Origin: a virus
Taxonomy: Duplodnaviria > Caudoviricetes
Strand: one strand, 5' to 3'
IMG/VR virus record: IMGVR_UViG_3300038365_000078
Span: 1 to 35,628 of that record
DNA: 35,628 bases
Under the pieces are notes generated by a model. It made no database searches. It was given only the letters and a program-made list of their open reading frames with translations, and had not been told where the DNA came from. Of the stretch, positions 8,145 through 17,417 are shown piece by piece. Made by a program: the position numbers and the translations under genes. Every line of letters starts with the position of its first letter. Position 1 is the stretch's first letter.

Positions 8145-8557
8145 GCGCTCACCACCCTGTTCAATACAATGAATTTTTGGCCGCCCTGGACGCGCAAGAG
8201 AACCACCTGTTCTCCCACCTGCAAGCCATAGTGCGCCAGGAAGGGCTTTCTGCCCTTATATGCATGCTTATGGGCGGAATCAAAACTATCCTCCCCTGCC
8301 TCAGGAGGATTCCGGGTATGGGCATGGGTTGTATCCAGGTAAGCATCGTTCTCCGTAAAATGGTCTACAGTCATATCTACCCAATGGTCCCGAACATTAT
8401 CGGTCAGCAGCAGGAATTCAGCTGGTATGTCCAAATGCTGTTCAACAGTTATTACCAGGGGATTAATTTGTTTGACCGCTCCCAGCAGGACCGCCGTAGG
8501 AGCGCCTTGCTCCACAGCCTGCATGCCGGCCTGCTTGATCAGCCTGAGCATATCCAT
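8141..8557 (-). CDS. XkdR-like (DUF2577) baseplate spike protein
   Basis: LQVGEQVVLLRVQGGQKFIVL; HxH motifs; gene order. Confidence 0.88.
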   Translation of the reverse strand: MDMLRLIKQAGMQAVEQGAPTAVLLGAVKQINPLVITVEQHLDIPAEFLLLTDNVRDHWVDMTVDHFTENDAYLDTTHAHTRNPPEAGEDSFDSAHKHAYKGRKPFLAHYGLQVGEQVVLLRVQGGQKFIVLNRVVSA

Positions 8558-9505
8558 CTACATCCGCCCCCTCAGTTTCAGATCCATCCAGTGTTCGTTG
8601 TCCGCAAAAGTATGCGTCACCGTTTCCACCAGCATATTATTCTGTATGCTGATATCCCCAATCATAGGCAGATAGACTGCTAAGCTGCTCCCGCCCCGGA
8701 CCCGGATGTCTCCCAGGGCTTTTTTAAGACTTAGAGAGCGGTTTTTGCGATTGTACAACTCTAACAGGGTATCAGCTTTTATCTGACCGTTGGTTTTCTC
8801 GTCAATCTTTTCAAAGTACTGCAGCAGCCCCCAGGCGTTTATATTGTTGCTGTCCTTGGCGATATAGACCTCGCGCTTGCCCGCCTCTTCATTGTCATAG
8901 GCCAGCTTGACCTGGTTGTAGACATCGTCCAGCCCGGTCTGATAATCAAAGTTTTCAGCGGTATCGTACCCGACTACCAGGTCCAGGCGCATAGTTTCGA
9001 TATCCCGTAAGGTCAGCCGGCCAAAATCGTCATAGAGCGCATACAGCTTCTTGGTGTTGTCAAAGGTAAGCTGCAGGGCATCCAGTATCATATCAAAATA
9101 GGTTTCATTGTCCCGCAGCCGCTGGGCTATCACATAGCCGGTATCAGCTATTGCCCCGGTTTTTAAGTTCTGGCGGCCGGATATCATTCTAACTACGTCC
9201 GCGGCCGTTTTTTCGGTATACAGGATAGTATCCTTGTATTTTAAATAGCGCAGCTGGTCATAGGCAGTTACTGATATAATCTGTTCCTTGTCACGCTTCT
9301 TGTTCCAGATGTAGCCAAAAAACAGATTTTGGCCATTTACCTTGAACCACATGGGGTTACCCTCCTGGAAGTTGATTATGTCATCCTTCAGCACCTTAAA
9401 CTCCAGCTTGCCGGCCGCCCCCTGTCTCTCCCAGGTCAGTTTAATGCCGTCTTCCACCATCGGCTGATACAGTATCCCTTGATTTTCAATCGTCAGTTCA
9501 TACAG
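8558..9505 (-). CDS. XkdQ-like baseplate hub protein; probable CTG start at 9505
   Basis: LFFGYIW, AYDQLRYLK, WGLLQYFE motifs; the frame extends 15 codons upstream of ATG 9460 to a CTG behind GGAGGTGA. Confidence 0.85.
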   Translation of the reverse strand: MYELTIENQGILYQPMVEDGIKLTWERQGAAGKLEFKVLKDDIINFQEGNPMWFKVNGQNLFFGYIWNKKRDKEQIISVTAYDQLRYLKYKDTILYTEKTAADVVRMISGRQNLKTGAIADTGYVIAQRLRDNETYFDMILDALQLTFDNTKKLYALYDDFGRLTLRDIETMRLDLVVGYDTAENFDYQTGLDDVYNQVKLAYDNEEAGKREVYIAKDSNNINAWGLLQYFEKIDEKTNGQIKADTLLELYNRKNRSLSLKKALGDIRVRGGSSLAVYLPMIGDISIQNNMLVETVTHTFADNEHWMDLKLRGRM

Positions 9506-10163
9506 TGCTGATCACCTCCAGACTAATAGTCTGGCCGGGGTAAATCAGATTCGGATTTTTCACCCCGTTGGCAGCCGCCACCGCCGCATATTTACTCCCG
9601 TCCCCCAGCTCTCTTTTGCATATCGCCCATAAGGTATCCCCTTCCTTGACAGTATAGCTTTTGGCCGGTTCTTTAGCTGAGCGCTCGGTAACGGCCTTGG
9701 CCAGGATAGTGTCGCCTTGGTTTGAAATAGGCTGCAGCTTCTGGGTGGCATAGTGCTTATATTGCTTCAATTCCATCGCCACCGTGATATCCTGCCCCTG
9801 GTTGGCATCCTCGACGATGCTGTATTCCTCCAGGCTCACTTCCATGTTGGTCCCGAAGAGATACCCGCCCGCCGGGGACAAGCGGGAGACCAGGAACCGA
9901 AAAGGCTTTTGGTCAATCTTGAGTTTCTCCAGATGCTCCAAATAAAAAGAAGGCTCTTTAAAGCCTCCTTGATACTCTGCAAAAGGATATTCCCGCCCGG
10001 GCAATAAAGCATCAAAGCTGATATCTGTAAGCCCGGCTTTTTTCAGAACATTGATTTCTCCCAGGTTCATCAGCTCCAGGGTCTTATTCTGATTCTTGAT
10101 GCTCAGACTCAGCTTCCCCGGAGCTACCGGCAGCTTAACCTCTCCCAAGTAAAAGTTATACAC
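9498..10163 (-). CDS. XkdP-like LysM-domain tail tube initiator
   Basis: LPVAPGKL, GEINVLK; C-terminal LysM YTVKEGDTLWAI...NPNLIYPGQ; GTG start at 10163 behind GGAGGGG. Confidence 0.9.
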   Translation of the reverse strand: MYNFYLGEVKLPVAPGKLSLSIKNQNKTLELMNLGEINVLKKAGLTDISFDALLPGREYPFAEYQGGFKEPSFYLEHLEKLKIDQKPFRFLVSRLSPAGGYLFGTNMEVSLEEYSIVEDANQGQDITVAMELKQYKHYATQKLQPISNQGDTILAKAVTERSAKEPAKSYTVKEGDTLWAICKRELGDGSKYAAVAAANGVKNPNLIYPGQTISLEVISTV

Positions 10164-12048
10164 TGTCGTAACTCCCCTCCGCTTCATTAACTATGGCTTC
10201 GGCCAGACGAGTTTCAAGCTTATTGATAATACCGTCAATGTCAGCCGTTTCCCGGATGTCCCCGAAGGAATTGGTCAAAGTGACTTTTACATCCCGCAGA
10301 ACCGTCCGGTCTATGACCTCCCGCTCGGCCACGTCGCGCAGGTATTTTAAATCCTCTTCGGATATCTCCAGAGCGTCGGCCGCTTTGCCGGTATTGGCGG
10401 CTATATCTCCAACGCCGTTATTTATACTGTCCCATAACCCGTCGTTAGCATTTGTTTGTTCTCTTCGAATGTTATAGCGTCTTTGCAAGGCGTTTAATCT
10501 CGCTATGCCCTCTATCTGTGAAATTTTTTCATCCCTCGCAGCAATTGCAGCATTGTTCTTAATTCTTGCCTCGGTAGCGAAGGTTACATTCGATATCGTG
10601 TCAAATGCGACACCGGGGAGACTGTTTACATTTCTGATAAAGGCGTTAATGATATCAATTGCCCCATTGACCATATCCTGTAGATCGGTCAAAACATCAA
10701 CTTTTAGATTCCCCACATAGGTCATTACCGCATATACACCCTTCATAAATCCAATCCTGATACTATCCCAAGCACTTAGAATCACATTAGTAGCAATTAA
10801 CCAGGCCACTTTTATCCCCCCTACGGCTTGGACCCAGCGGTAAATTGCAGCAATGACCACTCCTATAATTATTGCTATAGCACCAATACCTGAAGCCGCA
10901 ATAGCAGCATTCCAGGCATACTGCGCCATAGCCGCATTACCTGTTGCTAAAGCCAAAATGCCATACCCTACTGATTGTGCGAGTAATGCGACAGTATGCG
11001 CTATCGTTCCTGTAGTATTAATAGCCGTCCATAATGCCGCTAATTGTGTCGCTACAACGTAAGCCCCTACCGCAGCGGCAAGCCCCCAAAAAACCGGAGC
11101 AAGACTTGACCAATTATTAGCTAATAAATTAATAAAATCTAGTAACGGCTGTGAATAACGTATTATATTATTTACAGTTGTTGTCCATACTTGCCCCCAG
11201 GTCATGGGTAGTCGCCTAAATCTCTCTTCGGTTTCATCCGCGACTGCAAACATGGCGTTTTTGATTACATCAGCTGTAATTAGTCCCTCAGCGGACCATT
11301 CCTTCATGGTCCCTTCCACTCCGGCATTTATCATATAGTCTTCAATAGATGCAGCCAGTAGGGGCGCGTTTTCCCGGATTGATCTGAATTCATCCCCTTG
11401 GAGCCTTCCTGAGGCCATGGCCTGAGTCAACTGATACATGGCTGCCGTCTGCTCTATAAGACTTGCACCGCCAATTTTAAATTGCTTATTCATTTGTTCG
11501 GCAAAAGCCACTATCTCTTTGCTGCTGGAGAAAGCATCCCCTGCCAATATACCCAGCTTAGAGACTGTTTTTAGCGTATCCAGATAAGGGCTCCGTGCCC
11601 TCTGCGCGGATCGGAAAATTATATCTTGCAATTCAGCTGTCGTTTGGAGCGTGTCATTCATCAGGTCCAACCTGGAGGTAGCTAGTGCTATATTATCCGA
11701 TGTTTCTATTATCCCTTTTACGCCAAAAGTTGCCCCCATAGTTGCCGCAAGATTTTTGAATCCAGTTAACAGCCCTGCTGCGGCTCCCTGCCCATTTCGG
11801 ATATCGTTATTGAACCTCTGCTGCGCCTGATCGGCCTCTCTGATTTCCTGCTCAATTTGATTGAAGACGGTTTCAGCTCTATTTAGCTCCATGCGGGCCG
11901 CCTGCAAACTACGAGTGTCAACTGCGCGGCTGGAGACGTTCTGCATTGTCTCAAAACTAGAAATAGCAATATTTAAGGCACCGGTCATGCTTCGCAGCGC
12001 TGGGGTCATGCCGTTATACATTTGTATTGCCGTTTTTATTGTTGCCAT
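10156..12048 (-). CDS. Tail tape measure protein (about 630 aa)
   Basis: QLTQAMASGRLQGDEFRSIRENAP tape-measure motif; Ala-rich hydrophobic middle; start revised to 12048. Confidence 0.93.
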   Translation of the reverse strand: MATIKTAIQMYNGMTPALRSMTGALNIAISSFETMQNVSSRAVDTRSLQAARMELNRAETVFNQIEQEIREADQAQQRFNNDIRNGQGAAAGLLTGFKNLAATMGATFGVKGIIETSDNIALATSRLDLMNDTLQTTAELQDIIFRSAQRARSPYLDTLKTVSKLGILAGDAFSSSKEIVAFAEQMNKQFKIGGASLIEQTAAMYQLTQAMASGRLQGDEFRSIRENAPLLAASIEDYMINAGVEGTMKEWSAEGLITADVIKNAMFAVADETEERFRRLPMTWGQVWTTTVNNIIRYSQPLLDFINLLANNWSSLAPVFWGLAAAVGAYVVATQLAALWTAINTTGTIAHTVALLAQSVGYGILALATGNAAMAQYAWNAAIAASGIGAIAIIIGVVIAAIYRWVQAVGGIKVAWLIATNVILSAWDSIRIGFMKGVYAVMTYVGNLKVDVLTDLQDMVNGAIDIINAFIRNVNSLPGVAFDTISNVTFATEARIKNNAAIAARDEKISQIEGIARLNALQRRYNIRREQTNANDGLWDSINNGVGDIAANTGKAADALEISEEDLKYLRDVAEREVIDRTVLRDVKVTLTNSFGDIRETADIDGIINKLETRLAEAIVNEAEGSYDSV

Positions 12049-12072
12049 AAGCCTCACCCTTTCTAGGCAAAT

Positions 12073-12093
12073 AAAAAAAGAGCCCAAAGGCTC
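12073..12093 (-). terminator. Intrinsic terminator of the tail-region moron
   Basis: GAGCC-TTTG-GGCTC followed by TTTTTTT. Confidence 0.75.
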
Positions 12094-12131
12094 CTTAAAA
12101 GGACTTTCTTTGAAAGATTTTAATGTCGTTT

Positions 12132-12773
12132 TTATAATTCGATTTCTATGTTCGTTTTTGGTTTTTCATTAAATATCTTTTTTAATTCTTCTGCATGATT
12201 CGATTTATTGGTAACATCAAAAGCTATATATTTTATTTCATTATCTTTATGATATGCAAACACTAAAAAGAACGTTAGGATTCTAGATGTCTTTTCTTTT
12301 GCCCTGCCGCCTATCATTGCTCCAAGAGGTCCAAACAACACTGCTCCGCCAACAGCTCCACCGACGCTGCTAACATAACTTTTTTGAAGCTCTTCACTAG
12401 TTGTAACGGAAATATCACTTAAACGCTCCAGCGGGAGTATAAATGATGTTCCTCCACCCTCAATGATCAATTTGTCCGCTAAGTAATAGACTAAACACTC
12501 CGTTCCCTCTGCAAGTGGTAAGCCGGTTGTATGAGGTAGCGTGTCCCCCCAGATGCAATTTAAGGTTTCCCTTTTTTCCTGCTCTTTTCTTTCTGTTTCA
12601 CGTATAGCCGCTTTCTTTTGTTTGTTAGCTTTAATATTCAAAATACTGGCTACACTCAGCATTACGCCCATGGCAATAACAAAATACCCATCCTTCATAT
12701 CAGGTGTTGCGCTAGTCATAACCAGACCAATCAAAACTATAATTACACCTAGGATTATGCAGAATACCCACAC
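12132..12773 (-). CDS. Moron-like membrane protein (two N-terminal TM segments, glycine-zipper GGAVGGAVLFGPLGAMIGG)
   Basis: AT-rich gene between chaperone and tape measure genes, with its own promoter-like and terminator signals. Confidence 0.8.
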   Translation of the reverse strand: MWVFCIILGVIIVLIGLVMTSATPDMKDGYFVIAMGVMLSVASILNIKANKQKKAAIRETERKEQEKRETLNCIWGDTLPHTTGLPLAEGTECLVYYLADKLIIEGGGTSFILPLERLSDISVTTSEELQKSYVSSVGGAVGGAVLFGPLGAMIGGRAKEKTSRILTFFLVFAYHKDNEIKYIAFDVTNKSNHAEELKKIFNEKPKTNIEIEL

Positions 12774-12806
12774 AACTCCCGCCCCCCTCTAGCAACGTTA
12801 TTTATA

Positions 12807-12835
12807 ATTATAAGTTAAGGGAAAAGAGTTTTCTA
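12807..12835 (-). promoter_or_regulatory. Putative sigma-A promoter of the moron
   Basis: TAGAAA, 17-bp spacer, TATAAT. Confidence 0.5.
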
Positions 12836-13033
12836 CTTTCTTCTGCCCTTCCTAGCCTTTTTCACTTTTACTGTTTCCTTTTTGTCGTTTTCGATTTTGG
12901 TTTCTATACTCGCGGCAATAAAAGCTCTTTCTTCACGGGATAGGCTCAGTAATTGCGAAGGCAGCATATGAAACTTATGGAGGCAATAGTAAGCAATATT
13001 ACTCTCACTATCACCTCCAGTAATTAGTTTTTT
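12833..13033 (-). CDS. -1 frameshift extension of the tail assembly chaperone (gpGT-like)
   Basis: A AAA AAC slippery site at 13033-13027; the -1 frame reads KLITGGDSESNIAYYCLHKFHMLPSQLLSLSREERAFIAASIETKIENDKK...GRRK*. Confidence 0.85.
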   Translation of the reverse strand, partial: KKLITGGDSESNIAYYCLHKFHMLPSQLLSLSREERAFIAASIETKIENDKKETVKVKKARKGRRK

Positions 13034-13452
13034 GCTTCTTCCAACAGGTCTTCCATAAGAACATCAAACCCATTCACTTCCTGGACTTTTTCCAGATAGC
13101 CGGCATACTCTCCGGGCTTCAGCATTCGTTTTAATAAAGCTTCGGCCCCCATAACGCCATAGCTATTTTGGAGATCCTCGTTATTCAGATTCGGGAAAAC
13201 GGTACAGGCGGCGGCAAGCTTACCTGAGTATAGATTAACATCTGTTTCCCGCGAATACTGTCCCCGCTTCCCGGGGATGGGCACCCGCTTAGTGCAGGCT
13301 TTCCTTATTGCCTCGTCCTCTTCACCAGTAATACATTTGATTTCCCATTCTATAGGCTTTTTATTCTCATCCAGAAAACGCTTGGAAGCTACAAACCTAA
13401 TATTCTCATCCGCCACGGCATTACCCGCCAAAAACGCGCTCAAATTACTCAT
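13024..13452 (-). CDS. Tail assembly chaperone (XkdN-like)
   Basis: VFPNLNNEDLQNSYGVMGAEALLKRMLKPGEY; ends EEAKN*. Confidence 0.9.
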   Translation of the reverse strand: MSNLSAFLAGNAVADENIRFVASKRFLDENKKPIEWEIKCITGEEDEAIRKACTKRVPIPGKRGQYSRETDVNLYSGKLAAACTVFPNLNNEDLQNSYGVMGAEALLKRMLKPGEYAGYLEKVQEVNGFDVLMEDLLEEAKN

Positions 13453-13468
13453 TTAGTACCAATCCTTT

Positions 13469-13942
13469 CTATGCCTGCATTCCCGGCAGCATCGAAAACT
13501 TTTCCGGGATTTCAAAACTTTCAAAGGTGAAATCAAAGTCCTCTTCGATATACTCGGCATCAGCATCGAACTTAACCAGCAAACCGCCGTCAATATTGCA
13601 TTCTTTCAGGATAACCGTCTGTCTCCCGATAGTGGATGTTGGATCCTCATTGGTCACCTGAATATCAAAATAGAAATCCTCGCCGGTCTTCGCGTATCGG
13701 TAGAGCAATTCCCTAAAAATACTGGTATTGTAGTGGAAAGTTGCGCTGCCGGAGCCGGTCCAGCCGGTAGCCTTATTCCCCTTCCCGGTCTTGCCCAGTA
13801 TCGGCACTTCCGTCTTGGTCTTTTCAATACTGGCCTCCAAATTTATAGCTTGCATAAAGTTGTACCGGTTGCCTTCAATGGTTATAAAGCACTCCGCCAG
13901 AGAACCACTGACCGCATCCTTGGCATTCATAATTTCAGCCAT
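13469..13942 (-). CDS. Tail tube protein (XkdM-like)
   Basis: FDIQVTNEDPTSTIGRQTVIL, FDFTFE; follows the sheath gene. Confidence 0.92.
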   Translation of the reverse strand: MAEIMNAKDAVSGSLAECFITIEGNRYNFMQAINLEASIEKTKTEVPILGKTGKGNKATGWTGSGSATFHYNTSIFRELLYRYAKTGEDFYFDIQVTNEDPTSTIGRQTVILKECNIDGGLLVKFDADAEYIEEDFDFTFESFEIPEKFSMLPGMQA

Positions 13943-13958
13943 TATCATTCACCCCTTC

Positions 13959-15275
13959 CTATTCCACAATGACCGTCATATAGAGCTTAGCCATAACACT
14001 GACCGGCGTCACGTAATCATTCACCACTACCGACTTTTTATCCATGCCCTTATCTACCGTAATATCCTCGGCGGTAAAGTTTTCAATAGCCGCTACCCGC
14101 TGCAGCTCATCGTGATAAGTGACCAGGTCATTCCAGAAGGCAATGCGGCCAGCCTCGTTATTCTGCACTTTACCCAAATACTTAGTATTGAACAAAACCG
14201 CGATATCGTTGCCGATCTGGTCCAGTACCCGGATTACCTGGTTGTTGCTGAAATCCTCGCTCTTGTCGTCCGTATAAGATACAAAGGTGTTGATGTCGTC
14301 CAGCACTCGAATATTGTCCCCCACCTGATGAAACATCAGCTTACCGGCTTTTAACCCGGTTTCCAGCGCCGACTGCTTATAAGCGGTATCTATGATGTAT
14401 TCTCCACCGTAAACCATATTGGTTAAGCTTCTGTTCACCGCACAGCCGGCTTCCTGCCCGGCCAACCAGTAGACCAGAGCGGCCTCGTTAGCCCCTGCTA
14501 CCTTGTTCTCCACCGATATAATGCCTTCGTAATCGGCGGTGTTATACCGATACAGCACCGTCTGAAGCTTTACCCCATGGTCATCCCGTAAGCGCTTGGT
14601 GAACTGTACAAACAGATCCTTGATCGGGTCATCGGTTCCATCATAAGCCAGGATATTAAAACTATAGGCTTCGATGGCATCCAGGGAGGCGCTGTAAGAT
14701 TCTCCGGTTACTGTACCATTAATGCCGCCGGCCAAAGTAACTCCGGCCGCAGCTGCCAGGGCACCGGTACCGCTGAAGGTTACAAAGCCGTTAGCGCTCA
14801 GATCGGCAACCGTAGCTGCCAGCTGGGTATCTACAAGCTTAGTCCCCACATAGGTCATGACGTCAAACTTGTTTTCATCGTCAATGTTTGCCTGGATTAC
14901 TATCTTAATATCATTGCCGCGGGTACCACTGTATTTAGCCGTAGCCGTCAGATTCCCGCTGGTCGCGGTTGCTTTCACACCCCCGGAATTGACCCGGTAC
15001 AGGTAAATCGTTTTTGCCCCTTTAAATATTTCCCGCAGGGGCTGCAGCTCCGGGTCGGTATAGGCGTATCCCAGCAGGTCAAAGCTGTTTTTTTGGATAT
15101 CTACCGCTTCCAGGGTTACAACCTCATTCTCCGGGCCCCAGTTCAGGGCCAGGGGGAGCGCAGCATAACCCCGATCGCTTAAGGTTGCCGATGCCCGGGA
15201 CGCCGACACAAAATTTATATAAGCCCCGGGGAGGACTTTGTTCTGAGATAACCAAACCCCACCACCAAGCGCCAT
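13959..15275 (-). CDS. Contractile tail sheath protein (XkdK-like)
   Basis: MALGGG...QNKVLPGAYINF; NQVIRVLDQI. Confidence 0.95.
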   Translation of the reverse strand: MALGGGVWLSQNKVLPGAYINFVSASRASATLSDRGYAALPLALNWGPENEVVTLEAVDIQKNSFDLLGYAYTDPELQPLREIFKGAKTIYLYRVNSGGVKATATSGNLTATAKYSGTRGNDIKIVIQANIDDENKFDVMTYVGTKLVDTQLAATVADLSANGFVTFSGTGALAAAAGVTLAGGINGTVTGESYSASLDAIEAYSFNILAYDGTDDPIKDLFVQFTKRLRDDHGVKLQTVLYRYNTADYEGIISVENKVAGANEAALVYWLAGQEAGCAVNRSLTNMVYGGEYIIDTAYKQSALETGLKAGKLMFHQVGDNIRVLDDINTFVSYTDDKSEDFSNNQVIRVLDQIGNDIAVLFNTKYLGKVQNNEAGRIAFWNDLVTYHDELQRVAAIENFTAEDITVDKGMDKKSVVVNDYVTPVSVMAKLYMTVIVE

Positions 15276-15482
15276 TTATATCACCCTTTCCTTAAATTCT
15301 TTTACCCGCTGTTCCACTTCAGCCAGGCTGTACTTTTTATCCGGTTGCAAAACTACTCGCAGAATATCCGGCGAATAGTTGAGTTTTTTGCTCTTAAGGA
15401 TCTGGTCTCTACTAAAAACTGGCTCAGCTGCCTGAACAGGCTTTTCTTCGAGTTCCAGATCCGGTTTCTTTTTGGCCGCCAT
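15276..15482 (-). CDS. Small hypothetical phage protein preceding the sheath gene
   Basis: 68 aa, RBS GGAGGG, tightly packed. Confidence 0.7.
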   Translation of the reverse strand: MAAKKKPDLELEEKPVQAAEPVFSRDQILKSKKLNYSPDILRVVLQPDKKYSLAEVEQRVKEFKERVI

Positions 15483-15483
15483 A

Positions 15484-15924
15484 TCATCCCTCCTTCGTAG
15501 AAGCCCGCTGATTCAGTGCACTCATCTTTTCTTCCGGTACCGCGGGTTTATTAACATAGAAATTGAACTGGATAAAGAAATGCAGCACGCCATCAACTAT
15601 TTCCGTGTTGCGCTCAGAGCCGCGGATCTGCAGGTCGGGAGGGCCGGTGATCGTTATATACTCCAAGTTAGCAAGCAGCTTCTCTTGGACCTCATAGCAT
15701 TGCTGTTTTTCGCTGCCGTTTGGTTCCGGAAAGAAAATAATATCAAAGCTATGATTCTTCAGATATCGGTTGCCTACCACCTGCTCAATACCAGCTTGCA
15801 ACAGCTGGATATAAAACGCCGGCGGCTGCAGCTTCTGGGGAATATGCTCGGCGTAGATACGGTACCCGTCCCCAAATAAGGCATTCAGTTTCCGGCTGAT
15901 GCCGATGACTAAATCATTTACCAC
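15484..15924 (-). CDS. Tail terminator/completion protein
   Basis: IYAEHIPQKLQPPAFYI, FDIIFFP, VDGVLHFF; gene order. Confidence 0.8.
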   Translation of the reverse strand: MVNDLVIGISRKLNALFGDGYRIYAEHIPQKLQPPAFYIQLLQAGIEQVVGNRYLKNHSFDIIFFPEPNGSEKQQCYEVQEKLLANLEYITITGPPDLQIRGSERNTEIVDGVLHFFIQFNFYVNKPAVPEEKMSALNQRASTKEG

Positions 15925-16354
15925 CGTCGAACACCTCCTGCAGCCGCTTCACCAGTGCCTTTTCGATAATCTTAGGAGCATCGCGCTCCAGCTCCTGCTC
16001 TGATATGGTCATCATGAATCGGCCTGGTACCCAGCCACTATGACTAGCTGTCCGATGACCGAACTCCACATAGGCAGCATAGTAGACCGGATTTATGATC
16101 TCGATTTCGTACATATCGCCCTTTTTAATTACCGGTCCTACTGTCCAGCCCCGGCGTAGAATTCCGCCCGTTTTCCCCGACCCAGGCGGGTATACCCCGA
16201 CCGGTGTACGCTTGATCACCTTGGCCAGCATCCTGGCCGCCAGCTGCCCCACCATCTGCCTGCTGAAAGCATCCAGGTCGGCTTTCTCTAGGCGTTCTAA
16301 ACGCTTCTGCAGCTTTTTCAGCTGCTTGAAATCGCATTTACCCCAACGAACCAT
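15914..16354 (-). CDS. HK97 gp10-family neck protein
   Basis: RTPVG...GGILRRGW...NPVYYAAYVEFGHR; TGATG coupling at 16354. Confidence 0.9.
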   Translation of the reverse strand: MVRWGKCDFKQLKKLQKRLERLEKADLDAFSRQMVGQLAARMLAKVIKRTPVGVYPPGSGKTGGILRRGWTVGPVIKKGDMYEIEIINPVYYAAYVEFGHRTASHSGWVPGRFMMTISEQELERDAPKIIEKALVKRLQEVFDGGK

Positions 16355-16716
16355 CAGGCCCACCCCCCGGCTGTCAGTAGGACCTCCTGATGCGTAGGAT
16401 AGATAGCCGGCAGTCCGGAACTGATATACCGATAGGTAACGCCGCTACGAACAACTTCAACCCTGCTGCCCGGCTTTATTGCAACCTCGGGAGGCAGGAA
16501 CAGCTTGATAGTTTGGACTATTCCCGCTCCCGGAGAAACGTCCTGCACCGCTGCCAGGGTCTGAAATGACAGCCGGCATGGTTGACCAGTGACTATTGCT
16601 ATCCACTCCTGCCGGGTAATCCTGGTTTCCGGATCCTGTACGGACATCAGTTCATAGATGGTACAGCGGTCCTCATACAGGCTTTCAATCCCGGCTCTGA
16701 CAGCAGCGGTACTCAT
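16354..16716 (-). CDS. Head closure/head-tail adaptor protein
   Basis: QPCRLSF, KLFLPPEVAIKPGS, YPTHQEV; ATGA overlap at 16716. Confidence 0.8.
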   Translation of the reverse strand: MSTAAVRAGIESLYEDRCTIYELMSVQDPETRITRQEWIAIVTGQPCRLSFQTLAAVQDVSPGAGIVQTIKLFLPPEVAIKPGSRVEVVRSGVTYRYISSGLPAIYPTHQEVLLTAGGWA

Positions 16717-17096
16717 GACCAATCAAGCCTCCTTAATGCAGCAGTCAGTAATGCCTTGTTGCCGTCAATCAGCGTATTGACCAGAGCGCTAAAACGAGTT
16801 TCCGGACTGCTGCCGCTGCCGAAGTCCACAGTAGTATCTCCCAGCCGGATAGACTTGGCTACCGCCTCCAGATTGATTTCCCCCAGATCGGCCCCTATGG
16901 CCTTCTTGTGACGAAGAAATTCCCCGGTAATAATATCAATTACCAGTGGTTCAGCTTCGCCCGATACCTCACTTATATTGCAGTTTAATTTGATTTCAGC
17001 AGCGACTTTGCCGATCAGTAAGTTAATCAATTCCTCGTCGGAAGTACTTACTGGATAGCCAAAAGAAGCCAGTCTGGTTTTAACCTGTTCTAACAT
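16713..17096 (-). CDS. Head-tail connector protein (gp6/gp15-like)
   Basis: IKLNCNI, KSIRLGDTTVDF; gene order. Confidence 0.8.
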   Translation of the reverse strand: MLEQVKTRLASFGYPVSTSDEELINLLIGKVAAEIKLNCNISEVSGEAEPLVIDIITGEFLRHKKAIGADLGEINLEAVAKSIRLGDTTVDFGSGSSPETRFSALVNTLIDGNKALLTAALRRLDWS

Positions 17097-17401
17097 TAAT
17101 CAGCACCCTCTTCTTCATGTTCCCGCAGCCGGGCGATCAGGGTTTCCGTTTTTACATTGCGAGCGACTTTAATACCGGCCGCTTCACAAGCGGAAAAGAG
17201 CTTGGCACGGCTCATCTGGTCATAGTTCAATACAACAGGTGCCTCCTCCATCAATGATTCAGGCTCAGGTTCAACTATATAACCCTTTTCCTGAAACCAT
17301 GAAATTAAATAGGGGTCAGAGCACTCTCCGACCCCGTTTGAAAACTGAACACCGGCAGAAACACCGTTATACTCGGAATTCGGTGCTTTAATTATCGCCA
17401 T
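17096..17401 (-). CDS. Small capsid-associated protein with C-terminal helix-extension-helix (Rho-N/SAP-like) motif
   Basis: GVQFSNGVG...ISWFQEKGY; MSRAKLFSACEAAGI..KTETLIARL. Confidence 0.7.
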   Translation of the reverse strand: MAIIKAPNSEYNGVSAGVQFSNGVGECSDPYLISWFQEKGYIVEPEPESLMEEAPVVLNYDQMSRAKLFSACEAAGIKVARNVKTETLIARLREHEEEGAD

Positions 17402-17417
17402 AAATGTTCACCATCCT

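Noticed and set aside
4012-15275. Stand-alone tailocin or PBSX-like defective particle
   Set aside because: Intact-looking terminase, portal, scaffold, capsid and replication genes are contiguous with the tail module
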